From Candidatus Saccharimonadota bacterium (GTDB taxonomy: Bacteria > Patescibacteriota > Gracilibacteria > UBA1369 > 2-02-FULL-48-14), in NCBI GenBank assembly GCA_016699145.1, contig CP064962.1, forward strand, positions 1,080,001-1,112,000: a stretch of 32,000 nt of DNA, given 5' to 3'. A program made the position numbers and the translations under genes. Below are positions 8,223-16,216 of the stretch, piece by piece. The notes beneath the pieces are model-generated. The model searched no databases and was not told the origin of the DNA. It worked only from the letters and a program-made list of their open reading frames with translations. Numbering within the stretch: position 1 is the first letter of the stretch; every line of letters starts with the position of its first letter.

Positions 8223-8725
8223 TCAAGACATCCAAAATCATAATTATTGCGACCAATCGAGCTGTCTGGAATTTCTTTGATCGTAGATCTGGCAACTACA
8301 TTCCTAAATGGCGTGGGGATTTCCCGCAAGAATTTGCTTCCGATGAAATGATTGAAGGGGTGTACAAATACAAACGGACTTACATTCCAGTTTATGAACT
8401 CTACACACAGGATTCCGACCAATCTAAAATTTACATTTTAGATAAAACTAAGATCGGAAAATTCATCCAATACTCCCCCTTAAATAAGGGAGAATCTAAG
8501 GAATTTCGGCTCGAAAACTTCATGGTAAGTGTGCAGCCGTTTGAGCAAGATTCTGATTTGATGAAGGAATTCTTGCAAAAAACACCTGAGTGGCTGAAGG
8601 AAGAAGGCGCTCAAGATAAGCAGATTGAATACTTACGCGAAAGAGTCCTGATACATGTTTACGAAAGGTACGAGTTTCAGTTACATAAGAACTTCTTAGG
8701 ATACTCGCTTGTGGTAGAGAGGTAG
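8219..8725 (+). CDS. hypothetical protein (cassette ORF 3)
   Basis: 168 aa. The TTG start overlaps the upstream TGA (TTGA). Its frame is open back to 8174, across a G5 run at 8192-8196. Confidence 0.5.
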   Translation: MIKTSKIIIIATNRAVWNFFDRRSGNYIPKWRGDFPQEFASDEMIEGVYKYKRTYIPVYELYTQDSDQSKIYILDKTKIGKFIQYSPLNKGESKEFRLENFMVSVQPFEQDSDLMKEFLQKTPEWLKEEGAQDKQIEYLRERVLIHVYERYEFQLHKNFLGYSLVVER

Positions 8726-8745
8726 TTATTGATGCCCAAAACCAC

Positions 8746-8940
8746 CTAATCACTAACAATATCGGGGGCTGTGTTTGTTGCTAATTTCACCTCCTCCACA
8801 AACTCCTCCACAATAGCCATATTATCCTTCAACCAAATATACCAAAACAAGAATAATTCCTCGGAAAGCCGCCAATGCACCCTAAGCCACACCTCCATCT
8901 CCGAGTCCAAAATGCTTGATATTTGTTTAGAATCAGCCAT
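8746..8940 (-). CDS. small hypothetical protein (64 aa)
   Basis: The ATG at 8940 is preceded by GGAGG with a 5-nt spacer. The product begins MADSKQISSILDSEMEVWLRVHWRLSEELFLFWYIWLK. The longer track ORF (to 9138) runs through a terminator hairpin and a T-arm-like sequence, so its N-terminal part is not credible. Confidence 0.35.
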   Translation of the reverse strand: MADSKQISSILDSEMEVWLRVHWRLSEELFLFWYIWLKDNMAIVEEFVEEVKLATNTAPDIVSD

Positions 8941-8992
8941 TTCTTCCTCCGGCTGATGTGCCAAATATTCATCGACAGTCATCCTTTTCTTT

Positions 8993-9040
8993 ACCAACCC
9001 TTTGGTTTCGGGTTCGAATCTCGTCAATGAGCCCCCACCA
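8993..9040 (+). other. degenerate tRNA/tmRNA 3'-end-like fragment (hairpin, T arm, ACCA)
   Basis: Hairpin ACCAA-CCCU-UUGGU, then a T arm CGGG-UUCGAAU-CUCG (9009-9023), then CAAUGAGCCCCCACCA. There are 5 extra nt between the T stem and the acceptor-like strand, and no 5' partner at tRNA distance. It resembles the 3' end of the 3217-3288 RNA (GGGUUC..AACUC..UGAG..CCACCA). Confidence 0.4.
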
Positions 9041-9054
9041 CCCGAGTAGACGCA

Positions 9055-9086
9055 GAAAGAACCTCTTTGGAGGTTCTTTCTTGTTT
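9055..9086 (+). terminator. rho-independent terminator
   Basis: Perfect 11-bp stem GAAAGAACCTC (9055-9065) / GAGGTTCTTTC (9070-9080) with loop TTTG, followed by TTGTTT. Confidence 0.75.
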
Positions 9087-9202
9087 CGCGATGTCCGCGT
9101 CTCAACAGGCTCGTCACTTCAAGTATACTATTCTCCAAAAAAATTACAACTCTCTGTTAAGCACCTCCTCTTTATGCTATAATTACAAGATTAACATTCA
9201 TT

Positions 9203-9418
9203 ATGACTGCTGAAACCCCTCGCGATATTGAAATTCCTTCCTCGGTCCGTGATCGCCTGCGCTATGGTTACAGCGTTATTCAGGGAAAAGATTTCTTACT
9301 GGAAGATGGTTTAGACAAGGGCCAGCTTCAAGAAATGGAAGTAGTGATAAATGATAGAACTTTCAGACTGACGATAGGAAAAGAAGGAGAGTACCAGTGG
9401 CAAACTTGTACCGAGTGA
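9203..9418 (+). CDS. small hypothetical protein (71 aa)
   Basis: ATG ORF downstream of an extended -10 promoter, TGcTATAAT (TATAAT at 9178-9183). It overlaps the next gene by 22 nt. Confidence 0.5.
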   Translation: MTAETPRDIEIPSSVRDRLRYGYSVIQGKDFLLEDGLDKGQLQEMEVVINDRTFRLTIGKEGEYQWQTCTE

Positions 9419-10584
9419 ACCAGATGAACGGACAAGGCACTCTGCTCGAAAAAGTAGAGCTTTCCCCACCGCAAGCCAATTTTCAAAGTGTCCAGCTCTT
9501 TCACGGACAGCTAAGATTTTTCTTCTTCGAAGACTTAAACGGAAACCGCATCCTGCGAGTGAGAAATACAAACGATGCAAATCCTTTTCTCATTCAAAGC
9601 ACCGCCGCAGCTTGGGACGAAATCAATCAAGATGGGCTTCAAGAACCCGGTACGCTCAGCTTACTGGGCGAAGACGAAAGGTCCATTATAAGTGCTGACG
9701 AAAAAATCGCAGCTCACACGAAAAAGGGTTACCGACATGGCAAAGACAAAGAGACCAATGAAGACGGATGTGTGATTCTTGAAGATCAAATCTTGCTCTT
9801 CGATGGGATCAGTTCAGGAGGAAAAGGCGCCAAAGCTGTGGCTGAAGCAGCCAAGCCCATGTCTTATCAAGCAAAAGGAGGGATGTGGCCCGCCCGCCTC
9901 ATGCATGTGGGAGCTCAGAAAATGGCCAGCGAAAGACGTCGACTCGAGTTAGATCCAGACAAAGATGGAGCAGCGGCTGTGGCTGTACGCAATAAGCCCG
10001 ACCGAATTGAATGTGCCGTTGTGGCCGATTCTAAAGTGAGAATTTTTGATGTCACTGAAGGGAAATTAGTTTTTAACTCCGGAGAACAGAACATCACAGG
10101 AGATGTACGAACGGCACTGGAAGGCACCAACGCAGCTGAGACTGCCATCAGTTTAGTGAGTGCAGCAGAAATGGGCTTCGCTATGGGTTGGGGAACGCAA
10201 AAGAAAGTACGTCAGATATTAGAAGGACAAGCAAAGGGACAAGTTGCTCTTCAAGATGTCATAGCTGAAATAGGAGCAAAAGTTAAAGCACGTGTGGATG
10301 GAAACTCAATCACTTCCTCCCTCAACCCTCGAGGAGACATCGATAAGGCCCCCTTAGTGAAGGTCTTCCAAAAAACTCCAGGACATCAATATTTGGTTCT
10401 CGCTCACACGGATGGACTTATTTTGGAAGAGGACAAAATAGAAGAACTGCTTAAACAAGCAAGAGGTGATCCTCGCCAAGCCGTACGACTTCTCAGGAAT
10501 GCAAATGAAAAAGCAACGGCACTAGAGAGAACGGACCCTTCAGGCTACATCGACGACTGCACGGTTGCCGCTATGGCTGCATAA
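9397..10584 (+). CDS. divergent PP2C-family (PPM) Ser/Thr phosphatase-like protein with an N-terminal extra domain
   Basis: GTG start 7 nt after AAGGAG (9384-9389). PP2C-like motifs occur in the expected order: KETNEDGCVI, LFDGISSGGKG, AVVADSKVRIF, LAHTDGLILEEDKIEELL and GYIDDCTVAAM. The conserved Asp positions are kept, but the DGxGG and GDSR motifs are altered. Confidence 0.55.
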   Translation: MANLYRVNQMNGQGTLLEKVELSPPQANFQSVQLFHGQLRFFFFEDLNGNRILRVRNTNDANPFLIQSTAAAWDEINQDGLQEPGTLSLLGEDERSIISADEKIAAHTKKGYRHGKDKETNEDGCVILEDQILLFDGISSGGKGAKAVAEAAKPMSYQAKGGMWPARLMHVGAQKMASERRRLELDPDKDGAAAVAVRNKPDRIECAVVADSKVRIFDVTEGKLVFNSGEQNITGDVRTALEGTNAAETAISLVSAAEMGFAMGWGTQKKVRQILEGQAKGQVALQDVIAEIGAKVKARVDGNSITSSLNPRGDIDKAPLVKVFQKTPGHQYLVLAHTDGLILEEDKIEELLKQARGDPRQAVRLLRNANEKATALERTDPSGYIDDCTVAAMAA

Positions 10585-10658
10585 GCTGTGTAAAGCTGCA
10601 ATTCCTCTTGGCATTCTTTCAGGAACTCCGCTACGATAAGCCAAATTTAAGCTTTCTC

Positions 10659-13249
10659 ATGCTCGAGCTCACGCCCATGATGCAGCAATATCAAGAACTC
10701 AAGTCTCAGTGCAAAGACTGCATCCTTTTCTTTCGACTCGGTGATTTTTATGAAATGTTTGGGCCCGACGCACTGGAGGCCTCTAAAATTCTCGACCTCA
10801 CCCTAACCTCCCGCAATAAAAAAGATGAAAATCCGCTCCCCATGTGTGGAGTGCCCTATCACGCCGCCGAAAACTACATCGCCCGCCTCACCAAGGCCGG
10901 GAAGAAAGTGGCCATCTGTGAGCAAGTCTCCGATCCCAGCCTTCCTGGAATTGTAAAAAGAAAAATCGTCCGCATCATCACGCCTGGAACGACCTACAAT
11001 GCCACTCTTCTCAAGCAAAAAGCCAACCGTTTCGTGGTCGCCGTTTTCCCACAAAAAGATTATTTTGGACTCGCCTTTGCGGACCTCACCACCGGGGAAT
11101 TCAAAGCCGCAGAATTACAAGGGGAGGAAGTGCTCAAAATGGAACTGCTCCGCCTCGATCCCGCCGAACTTGTGGTGCTTGAAGAACATTATGATGATCC
11201 GCAGCTGCGCGTCTCCATCCACGAATGGACTCAGGCGCCCATCTCGTCCATTCAACTTTTTGAAGAGGCTTATCCCTTCATCGCGCGCCACTTCAAAGTG
11301 ACCACATTGGAAGGTTTTGGCATCGCCAGCCAGCCTTTGCGATTCAAGCTTCTGCACTGCTGCTCAAATACCTGAAAAACACCCAAAAAGAGAGCTTTGT
11401 ACATGTGGATCGCATCACGGCCTATCATCGCGAAAAAACCATGCCCCTCGATGAAGCCACCGTTCGCAACCTCGAGCTTTTCAGCACCCTTCGCGATCAA
11501 GAAGAAGCTCACACGCTGCTCGCCGTTCTGGATCAAACCCACACCGCCATGGGAGGACGTCTGCTGCGCCGCTGGGTGACGGAGCCTCTCTTGAGAAAAG
11601 ATGAAATCGAAGCCCGTCACGATGCTGTGGAAGACCTCGTCAAACAAGACAAGCTCAGAAGCACCCTCGAAGTCGAACTCAAACCCATGAACGACCTCGA
11701 GCGCCTGCTTGGACGACTCGGTTCCAGCAGTGGAAACGCCCGCGACCTCAAAGGGCTTGCCCTCACGCTCAAGCGCATTCCAGCCATTCAAAACACCCTA
11801 ACTCAGGCCAACTCCATCTTGCTCAAAGGCTTGCAAAAAGATCTTAAGCCGCTGGAAGAACTCGCCGCCGAAATCGACCGAGCCATTGTGGACGAACCGC
11901 CGCTCCGCCTCACGGAAGGCGGGCTGATCAAACCTGGCTACCATGCTGAACTCGACGAACTTCATGGTCTCATGCACGATGCCAAATCTGCCCTCAAAGC
12001 CATCGAAGAAAAAGAAATCGCTGCAACCGGCATTAACTCGCTCAAAGTTTCTTACAATCGCGTCTTCGGTTACTACATTGAAGTCAGCAAAGTGAACCTG
12101 GGCAAAGTGCCACCCGATTACATCCGCAAGCAGACCCTTGCGAGCGCTGAGCGCTACATAACCCCCGAACTCAAGTCTTATGAAGAAAAAGTACTCTCCG
12201 CGGAAGAGCGCAGTGTGGTGCTTGAGCATGAACTCTTTCAAGAGATCAAGGGCCGCGTGCTCACCGAAGTGCGCACCATCAAACAAAATGCGGGAGTCCT
12301 TGCGCAACTCGATGTGCTGCACAGTTTTGCGCAAACGGCCATTCATCGCAGTTACTGCCGCCCTAAACTTACGAACGATCCCATGCTCGCCATTGAAGCG
12401 GGCCGCCATCCCGTTGTGGAGAGCATGACCTTTGAGCAAGCCTTCGTGCCCAACAGCACCTTTTTCGCCAAAGATCAGGAGGAGATTTTGCTACTCACCG
12501 GACCCAACATGAGTGGAAAATCCACCTACCTCCGTCAAGTCGCCCTCATCGTTTTGATGGCACAAATTGGGTCTTTTGTACCCGCCAAATCCGCGACTCT
12601 GCGTGTTTTCGACCGCATCTTCACCCGCGTCGGTGCCAGCGACAACCTCGTGCGAGGTCAGTCGACCTTCATGGTGGAAATGCAAGAATCCGCCTACATT
12701 CTCAATCACGCGACTGACCGCAGTCTCATTATTTTGGATGAAGTGGGCCGTGGCACCAGCACTTACGACGGACTCAGCATCGCGTGGGCCATTTTTGAAC
12801 ACCTCCACGACAAAATCCGCGGATTTACCCTTTTTGCAACCCACTATCACGAACTCATTCAGCTGACAGAAAAACTTTCTTGCGCCAAAAACTACTCCAT
12901 CGACGTGCAAGAAACCGCGCACGGCGTGCTCTTCCTTCACCAGATCAAAGAAGGCGCCATCGACAAGAGCTACGGCATCGAAGTCGCCAAACTCGCAGGT
13001 TTGCCAGCTGTACTCATCGACCGTGCTGCCCAAGTGCTCAACGCTCTCGAAACCGAAAAAAGCCTCTCCACCGGCAAAGTCCCCGAGAATCAAACCAGCC
13101 TTTTTGCAGGCACCTACGCGACCCGCCGCGAACCCGGCAAACTCAGCCACCCCGCCATCGACAAGTTGAACGCCCTCAATCTCGACCGCATGACACCTCT
13201 TGAGGCACTGAATGCGCTGAACGAATTGAAAGGGATGAAAAACAACTGA
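10659..13249 (+). pseudogene. mutS: DNA mismatch repair protein MutS, split by a 1-nt frameshift near 11337-11341
   Basis: The N-terminal piece (track ORF 10608..11375; likely start MLELTPMMQQYQELK at 10659) carries the mismatch-binding domain, including GDFYEMF. Shifting the frame by -1 at TTTGCG (11336-11341) continues as AIQASALLLKYLKNTQKESFVHVDRITAYH, joining the track ORF 11405..13249. That piece carries Walker A (GPNMSGKST), DEVGRGTSTYDG and the HTH C-terminus. The total is about 863 aa, a normal MutS length. Confidence 0.9.
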
Positions 13250-13302
13250 ATTTGCAAAACTTATCGTTATATATATAATATATATGTATTTTTCGATAAA
13301 CC

Positions 13303-13539
13303 ATGAACACCACTATTTCTATTGATAAAAAAACTCGCGACCGTGCCGCCAAACGTGCCAAAAGAGAAAAAATTTCAGTGAGCGCCATTGTCCGCATCCT
13401 TTTAACAGATTACGCAGAAGGGAGAATCCAAATTGGAACTCGAATTCCTATGCAAATAGAATCCTCAGAAATCGCTGTAGATGGAGAGACTCAAACTCTT
13501 ATGGACGACGTTCTTAACACCTGGAGCAAAATAAGATGA
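13303..13539 (+). CDS. ribbon-helix-helix (CopG/Arc-like) protein, putative antitoxin
   Basis: The N-terminus ISIDKKTRDRAAKRAKREKISVSAIVRILLTDY fits a beta-strand/helix RHH pattern. An AT palindrome-rich promoter region (TATATATATAATATATATG, 13270-13288) lies upstream. There is a 4-nt ATGA overlap with the next ORF. Confidence 0.65.
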   Translation: MNTTISIDKKTRDRAAKRAKREKISVSAIVRILLTDYAEGRIQIGTRIPMQIESSEIAVDGETQTLMDDVLNTWSKIR

Positions 13540-13814
13540 AAGGGATTTTTCAACCCATTAAAGGAAAAAACTTACCGAGCCACTCAAAACTTATTAAGCT
13601 TTACATGACCACCATTCTTGGTGCAAGACGAGCCATTTTCTTGGTAGAAACGACTACTGAAGATGGGTTCTTCCTTATGTTTCGTTCAAAAAATGATCCA
13701 ATTGGAGAAAACATGACCATTAAAAATACAGAGTTCAAAAGCACCCTTCATCACTACCTGGAGTTATTAAACGAAGATCTACTCAATCAAAATTTCGAAA
13801 TCTTCACAGCATGA
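13536..13814 (+). CDS. hypothetical 92-aa protein, positional toxin candidate
   Basis: Translationally coupled to the RHH gene. The segment ARRAIFLVETTTEDGFFLMFRSKND is vaguely RelE/Gp49-like. There is no firm motif. Confidence 0.45.
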   Translation: MKGIFQPIKGKNLPSHSKLIKLYMTTILGARRAIFLVETTTEDGFFLMFRSKNDPIGENMTIKNTEFKSTLHHYLELLNEDLLNQNFEIFTA

Positions 13815-14671
13815 CTTTTCCCTCCACCCCTCAAGAAGCCGCCCGTGAAAAAGCCCTCAAGCACCCATTCAAAGCGGTGGCCTTCGATGTGGATGGGACT
13901 CTCACGCATTTTGCCCGATTCACCATTCCCACTTTCATGGCTGAGGCGCTCGTAAAAATTCCCGAAAACATTCCACGAGCCATCTGCACGGGCCGCGATC
14001 TTCGCTTCATCCATAGGCAATTGCTCCACATTTGCAGTCACAGCTTAAATCCCGACGAAGAACTGAAACGTTGGTGGGTTTTTGCTGAAAACGGGGGAGT
14101 GGGTTACCGCTGGAATACGCATAAAAAAGACTTCGAACCGTGGTACGAAGTGGACTGGCCCGAGCATCCCAGTAAAGACACTCTCGAAGCCTTCGGCAAA
14201 GACAAACTGGGGTGGAGCGGCATCTTTTTACTTCGAGAACACAGCATGATTGTGCGTCACCCCGATTGGACTTACTTGTTCCCCAAGCTCACACGCATCC
14301 TGTCCAAACACAGCCACCGAAAGCTCGATAAAATTCTCGGAAAAAACGGCTGGACAGAAACGTTCATGGTGCAAGATTCTGGCATTGGAAACGTGATTCT
14401 TCCCCGTGCCAGCGGCAAAGGGAGCGCCATGCAGCGTTGGGCTAAACAACTTGGACTCAATCCTAAAGACATCCTCGTTGTAGGGGATCAACCCCGTCCC
14501 GGCGAAAATGATGAAAGCTTTCTCTGCGGCGACAACGGCACTGCTTTCTCAGTGGGCAGCCTCATCCACGCCACCTTTCCACTCCCTGTGCGCGACGAAC
14601 GCGGCCGCCGTTTGAAAGGGCCCGAAGGCACGGCAAAATTGCTGGAGCAGGTGAGGTGGGATCAAAATTGA
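13811..14671 (+). CDS. HAD-superfamily hydrolase (Cof/IIB-like phosphatase)
   Basis: Motif I, FDVDGTLTH (DxDxT), lies near the N-terminus. Late motifs GKGSAMQRW and VVGDQPRPGENDESF are also present. Confidence 0.8.
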   Translation: MTFPSTPQEAAREKALKHPFKAVAFDVDGTLTHFARFTIPTFMAEALVKIPENIPRAICTGRDLRFIHRQLLHICSHSLNPDEELKRWWVFAENGGVGYRWNTHKKDFEPWYEVDWPEHPSKDTLEAFGKDKLGWSGIFLLREHSMIVRHPDWTYLFPKLTRILSKHSHRKLDKILGKNGWTETFMVQDSGIGNVILPRASGKGSAMQRWAKQLGLNPKDILVVGDQPRPGENDESFLCGDNGTAFSVGSLIHATFPLPVRDERGRRLKGPEGTAKLLEQVRWDQN

Positions 14672-14677
14672 GCTGCT

Positions 14678-14956
14678 TTATTCCCAACTCCACTTGCCGA
14701 AGCGAGCTTGATAAGGGGCTAGAGTACCGTCATCGTATCGATCAGGTCTGTTGTCATAAAAATCCAAACTAGGAAGTTTACTGCTTTTTGCACCGCGAAA
14801 CACGCCTTTAGAATACACCGCACGTTCTTCGTCAGGAGTTATAATCGTAGGCTTAGGTTGCCAGAGGGCGGCCATAACGGCCTCCTCAATGCGATAACGT
14901 TCCCGATAGGCAGCCTCTAATTCCGCGAGATGATTTTGAGGTGTTTTCTCTGCCAT
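14678..14956 (-). CDS. hypothetical protein (about 92 aa)
   Basis: The ATG at 14956 (MAEKTPQNH) avoids overlap with the asparaginase gene; the track start is at 14983. No motif recognised. Confidence 0.45.
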   Translation of the reverse strand: MAEKTPQNHLAELEAAYRERYRIEEAVMAALWQPKPTIITPDEERAVYSKGVFRGAKSSKLPSLDFYDNRPDRYDDGTLAPYQARFGKWSWE

Positions 14957-14967
14957 AGATTTTAGAT

Positions 14968-16059
14968 TTAAAATTTGTCCCACCTGTAGTTCACGGCCTT
15001 CACTTCTCCTACAAAATCCTTAAGCAAAAGGTCAGCCACACTTTGATAAGAAAAGTGTCCCTGCGCCAGCAGCCACATCAGTTTCACTTCAGTGGCAATA
15101 TCGGTCATATCTCCTGAAGGAATGGCCCCTCTTTTGAGAGCTAAAACTGCACATTCATCATTCACTTCCTTATAAGAATTTCCACCCAAAAATTTAGTGG
15201 CCACAATGACAGGGATTCCATAAGAATGAACCACCTTCTCAATGAAGGGTAGGAAGGAGAACTCCCCATCCGTTGGAACGGAACCTGCTCCATACGATTT
15301 CAAAATCACCGCCTTGCATTTACCTGTGGTTACTAAATCCTCTAGAACGCTAGGTCTTTGGCCAGGGGTGAGATCTAAACTGAACACCGTGGGGCTAAAA
15401 TGCGGACTCACCTGAAGAGGAACGCTGGGGTCAGACCGTCGAGCTTCTGAAGAGAAGTGAACTCCTGTCGCCGTAATGATAGCAAGAGGAGGGAAGGCTG
15501 GAGACGTAAAGGCACGAAACGAAGCTTCGCTAATTTTAACTGAGCGCGCTGCGCGCAAAACTACATCATTGAAAGTGATCATCACCTCGCCGATTCCTAG
15601 CCGACTGGCTTCAATACAGGTCTTCACGGAATTTTCAAAATTGAAACGAGCATCGTTTCCAAACACAGTCAGCGGCAGTTGAGATCCTGTAAGCACGACA
15701 GGTTTAGAGAGGCTATTCCCCAAAGACAAAGCGAGGGCAGAACCCGTATAGGCCAAAGTATTGGTTCCATGGGTGATCACAAAGCCATCGTAGTTATTGT
15801 AGTTCTGTTGAATGAAGTAAGTGAGCCGAGTCCAGTCATCAGGGGTGATGTTGGTGCTGTCTTTGTTCGTCAAAGAAACCAACTCTATATCAGCCAGTTC
15901 GGATAAATTCGGTAGCAACGCTAGAACTTCCTCAATCTTGTCTGCTGGTTTAACAGTTTTTTCAATAGGGTCAACCACCATCATGATGGTTCCTCCATAA
16001 CCAATGATGAGGATTTTTTTACGAACAGATTTATCTTCAAGATTGGAATCGTTAGACAT
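14968..16059 (-). CDS. L-asparaginase, type I family
   Basis: Signature motifs IGYGGTIMM (GGTI), NKDSTN, ITHGTNTLAYT (HGTDT-like) and VVLTGSQLP are present. Confidence 0.85.
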   Translation of the reverse strand: MSNDSNLEDKSVRKKILIIGYGGTIMMVVDPIEKTVKPADKIEEVLALLPNLSELADIELVSLTNKDSTNITPDDWTRLTYFIQQNYNNYDGFVITHGTNTLAYTGSALALSLGNSLSKPVVLTGSQLPLTVFGNDARFNFENSVKTCIEASRLGIGEVMITFNDVVLRAARSVKISEASFRAFTSPAFPPLAIITATGVHFSSEARRSDPSVPLQVSPHFSPTVFSLDLTPGQRPSVLEDLVTTGKCKAVILKSYGAGSVPTDGEFSFLPFIEKVVHSYGIPVIVATKFLGGNSYKEVNDECAVLALKRGAIPSGDMTDIATEVKLMWLLAQGHFSYQSVADLLLKDFVGEVKAVNYRWDKF

Positions 16060-16140
16060 GAGGAAAAGGAATTAAGGTGAGCTCAGTGTGACTGAAAAAC
16101 ATTTTTTCGATCAAACATATTAGGCAGTGGAAATTTGTAT

Positions 16141-16169
16141 TTGACTTATAACAGATTAAAAACTAAATT
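16141..16169 (+). promoter_or_regulatory. sigma70-type promoter for the TrmB-like regulator
   Basis: TTGACT (16141-16146), 17-nt spacer, TAAATT (16164-16169). Confidence 0.4.
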
Positions 16170-16216
16170 AAATCTGCCTACCATACATGGGCAGCAATGC
16201 TCACAAAGGCACAAAA

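Noticed and set aside
8764-9040. Possible one-piece tmRNA (5' GGGGGCU ... 3' AGCCCCCACCA)
   Set aside because: The acceptor pairing would have G3:C70, not the universal G3:U70. There is no UUCGAC-type 5' motif. No plausible tag ORF ending in hydrophobic/Ala residues plus a stop could be found in any frame. Five extra nt separate the T stem from the acceptor strand.
11115-13203. Long ORFs overlapping mutS on both strands (11270..11791 -, 11798..12439 -, 12491..13150 -, 12880..13203 +, and others)
   Set aside because: These are shadow ORFs inside a GC-richer, clearly MutS-coding region. Their translations are low-complexity (R/G/A/F-rich) and have no start-site signals.
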